A stretch of 64,000 nucleotides of DNA from an uncultured cyanobacterium (GTDB taxonomy: Bacteria > Cyanobacteriota > Cyanobacteriia > Cyanobacteriales > Nostocaceae). The notes below the pieces were generated by a model. That model saw only the letters and a program-made list of their open reading frames with translations. It did not search any database and was not told where the DNA came from. Positions 62,580 through 64,000 of the stretch are shown piece after piece. The DNA lies in contig CAVUDP010000004.1 of NCBI GenBank assembly GCA_963740315.1, positions 576,001 to 640,000 on the forward strand. Reading direction: 5' to 3'. Position numbers and translations under genes: made by a program. Each line of letters begins with the position of its first letter. The stretch's first letter is position 1.

Positions 62580-63488
62580 ATGAAACTTAATACAGAACAA
62601 CTTTTAGGAACTTTAGAATTATTAAGTGAACCTCTTCAAGTATATGACGAAGAAATTGGAGGTAGTTATACAACTTTTTATTGGGATGCATCAATTAAAG
62701 GGAAATTCAATCTTTGGAACTTGATGATTGATGAAAAATATATTCAACCGATTTCACCAGAAATAGTAATTAGCCAATGGATACTTGATGAATGGCTGCA
62801 TCCTATAGTACCTGTTGATAAATATTTGCTGACTCACAAAGAACATTTTTTAGATATAGACTCTAGAATAAGACGATATAAAATATTTCAAAAATTATAT
62901 AGTCTGCTTAGTTTAAACTTGGAAAAATTAGAAGCATTTAACTTTATTTATCGGTTAGGTACTTTAGTTGGTAAGATAAACAATGATAATTGGCTTGTAA
63001 TTTCACCAAATGCTCCTCATATTCAATATTTTCCTTATTGGATTACTTGCTCGAATTTTAAAATAGAAAAGTACCACTCACAAAAAACAATTCAATTGCA
63101 ATCTGCTGTAAAAGAGCTTTTGGAAACCTTAACTCCATTGCAACTATTAAAAAAATATGAAAGAGAAGAATTTTATTTTGATTTCTATTATTCTTATGCA
63201 TTTGCAAAAACTAGAGTCGAAGCTTTTATTCAAGCTTTAAGCAAAGCTAAAATTATACAGGCAAAACGATTTATCAGCTTATCTTCCGATTATCGCCAAC
63301 ATTTTTACAATGGTGACAAACGAAGAAAAACTATATATGTCCTCAATCAATTTCTTCAACAAAAATTATCAAATATCAATGTCTATTATTTCACAAAGTA
63401 CGATAATGACTTTACATATATAATTGGCGAAACATCTGATAATAATTGCTTAGGTGTAAAAATATCTAGGTCTTATAGATACTATTAA
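62580..63488 (+). CDS. Hypothetical protein, possibly nuclease A inhibitor (NuiA)-like
   Basis: C-terminal L..FL...LSNINVY......YIIGET.DN..LGV resembles the NuiA fold; AT-rich. Confidence 0.5.
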   Translation: MKLNTEQLLGTLELLSEPLQVYDEEIGGSYTTFYWDASIKGKFNLWNLMIDEKYIQPISPEIVISQWILDEWLHPIVPVDKYLLTHKEHFLDIDSRIRRYKIFQKLYSLLSLNLEKLEAFNFIYRLGTLVGKINNDNWLVISPNAPHIQYFPYWITCSNFKIEKYHSQKTIQLQSAVKELLETLTPLQLLKKYEREEFYFDFYYSYAFAKTRVEAFIQALSKAKIIQAKRFISLSSDYRQHFYNGDKRRKTIYVLNQFLQQKLSNINVYYFTKYDNDFTYIIGETSDNNCLGVKISRSYRYY

Positions 63489-63508
63489 TAATTACCGCAA
63501 CTTATTGC

Positions 63509-63573
63509 TGGTGCGTGACGCTACAAACCTTTGATTTGTATACTTCAATCTTTCAAAGCGTCACACACCCTAC
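63509..63573. repeat. Right GTAG REP half-element (inverted relative to 62474-62543)
   Basis: TGGTGCGTGACGCT...AGCGTCACACACCCTAC. Confidence 0.75.
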
Positions 63574-63756
63574 AAGATTCCTAACCCCTGCCACGGTGGG
63601 TTTTGCTTGTGTAGACGCGGTAACAAAGCGCCGGGTTCTATCATCTCTCTCTAACCTCTTTCTCTGCGCTCTCTGCGTCCTCTGCGGTTAAATAAATACC
63701 AAAATTCTCGTTACCAACCCAAATGCCGGGAGACGTAGCACTGCTACGTCTCTACA

Positions 63757-64000
63757 TCACATCAGTTTCCTAATCCCCTCTTCCAACCCCCGACAAACCC
63801 CAGTCAAAAAATCCAAATCCAAAGTCCCAATCTTATCGCTGGGCTTGTGATAATGAGGATTTCGCATAAATGCAGTATCCGTCACCATCATTGCTCGATA
63901 ACCTGCATCCCAAAATGGCGCATGATCGCTTTGTCGCGTCGCAGAAACCATTTTACCGTTATTCGGAACTGGTAAAAATTCGCTTTTAGTCCCCGATTTA
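63757..64000 (-). CDS. M28 family peptidase (C-terminal part, runs off the window)
   Basis: SDHAPFW..GY.A.MVTDTAF.RNPHYH..SD. Confidence 0.85.
   Translation of the reverse strand, partial: KSGTKSEFLPVPNNGKMVSATRQSDHAPFWDAGYRAMMVTDTAFMRNPHYHKPSDKIGTLDLDFLTGVCRGLEEGIRKLM

Overview
This is a chromosomal window from a filamentous, probably heterocystous (Nostocales-like) cyanobacterium, inferred from frequent HIP1 GCGATCGC octamers, STRR heptamer repeats, plmA and the rexT-trxA pair. Housekeeping genes include tig-clpP-clpX, asd-dapA-rnj, rpmF, nadA, tmk-holB, urease and tRNA-Ser(UGA). The main find is at 1.25-3.95 kb: a Ro60/TROVE gene inside an array of five unannotated tRNA-Y RNA chimeras. 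Each is a tRNA-like body carrying the same ~55-nt module (ACTTGCC-loop-GGACG...G(G/A)TTATCG). Four keep an anticodon-like triplet next to the module (His GUG, Leu UAA or Tyr GUA, Lys UUU, Asp GUC). Other notable points: (1) the urease operon is split, with ureC ~28 kb away on the opposite strand, and the apparent breakpoints carry inverted copies of a 45-bp repeat that also brackets a GxxExxY nuclease gene; (2) a PARIS-like ABC ATPase + DUF4435 pair lies in an accessory region beside tRNA-Ser; (3) several genes are enclosed by inverted or direct copies of non-autonomous repeats. All calls come from reading the sequence by eye; no searches were run.
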